A stretch of DNA of 63,982 bases, the filler included, from Basidioascus undulatus (taxonomy: Eukaryota): NCBI GenBank assembly GCA_000826855.1. It is 13 parts of 13 records of this genome, joined end to end, with 100 filler letters (N's around TTAATTAATTAA, not from the genome) between each part and the next. Parts side by side here need not be neighbours in the genome. Positions count along the whole stretch, not along the records: positions 60,991 to 63,982 come from JTLS01002545.1; 12 more parts are not named here. One strand, 5' to 3'. Of this stretch, positions 63,053 through 63,982 are shown in pieces. The notes below the pieces were generated by a model, which saw only the letters and a list, made by a program, of their open reading frames with translations, ran no database searches and had not been told where the DNA came from. A program made the position numbers and the translations under genes. Each line of letters begins with the position of its first letter. Position 1 is the first letter of the stretch.

Positions 63053-63982
63053 CTCGAAAGGTTATGGTGAAGATTTGAAAGTGGACACGTCCGATAGTGT
63101 AGAAGACGGCGGTGGATGGCGAGGGAACGCGAGCGAGATCGTGGCGCTCAGGAGACAAGAGAAGGCGGCGCCGCGCCGCGCGGTTTGCTCGCTCTCGCCC
63201 GACGCGGAGGGATGCGTCCAAGCAGCCCGACATTGGACCACTGGCAGTTGACCGAGGATATACAAGCGCTCTATATACAACACCCTTCCAAAACGCACTG
63301 TACCATCCCAGTTCACCTGACACCCATAAACACATTCTGCCCGAGCCAAAGAACGTCTTGGCGTTTCCATGTCTATTCCCACTCCTCAGACAGCACTCTG
63401 AAGCTTCCCCCAACCTTCATACTGTATCACAGCATGCGCCTCCCTCCAGAATCGCATGCATTCCACCCAGCCAAACACACTGGCACTCCCTCATCGCCCC
63501 GCCCCCGCCCCCCTCGAGCCCGGGTTGCTCATCAGGAACTCGTTCACCCGCCTGAGCGTAACGCGGCTCGGGTTCGACTCCGGCCGGGCGGCGATGACCC
63601 ACTGCAGCCGGCAGGCGATGGAGGGCTTGGTCGCTGTCCGTGGTCCATCTCGTTAGCGGTTCTGCCCATCCTGATTGCCACGAAGGGGGGAAGTGAAAGA
63701 ACGCACCTCTCCGATCTGGGCTCGGCGGATCCAGCTCCATCCTTCCGTATTCATCCCAGAACCTCCACCCCGCCGCCACGCACACCCCCACAGCGACGTC
63801 CGTCCCCTGCGCATCATCAACAATTACCACCCTTCTCCCCGCCCGCAGCTGCGCGCTCACAAAGTCCAGCGCCGGGGAAAGGGAGAGCTGGAACCCGTGT
63901 TGCCCCTTTTTCCCGGGGGGGAGGGGGAGGTGCAGGGTGGGTGTGGAAAACGAGGTAGAAGGAGAGGGAGGAGGGAGGGGAT

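Overview
Eukaryotic DNA, most likely from a GC-rich, intron-rich basidiomycete (inference from GTGCGT/GTGAGT..CTGAC..YAG introns and the gene content). It is not one locus: 13 contigs are joined by artificial 100-nt linkers (N44-TTAATTAATTAA-N44). Twelve contigs are about 3.2 kb and one is 24.1 kb (33451-57564). The small contigs carry mostly housekeeping genes or fragments: VPS24, DDI1, SFP1, MDM10, an RGA-type LIM RhoGAP, TMA17/ADC17, GYP7, eRF1/SUP45, CWH41, SEC24, a ZIP transporter fragment and a decayed DIRS/Ngaro retroelement. The large contig carries a transporter/P450/ADH/Zn2Cys6 cluster, an ACBP gene running into a gypsy chromodomain remnant, ESF2 and an F-box pseudogene. The standout feature is 34251-36322. 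It looks like a ~77-bp minisatellite, but it parses as a secreted-peptide gene with a signal-peptide exon, 26 near-identical spliceosomal introns and 25 consecutive 3-nt exons, each encoding one amino acid. The predicted product is 54 aa: MRSSTQTLFVLVAIAVSASVEVLALPQ-TASGASGSAFCRDIFGNTASGDTCS-AS*. All gene names come from recognising motifs by eye; no database searches were run, and exon structures are manual predictions.
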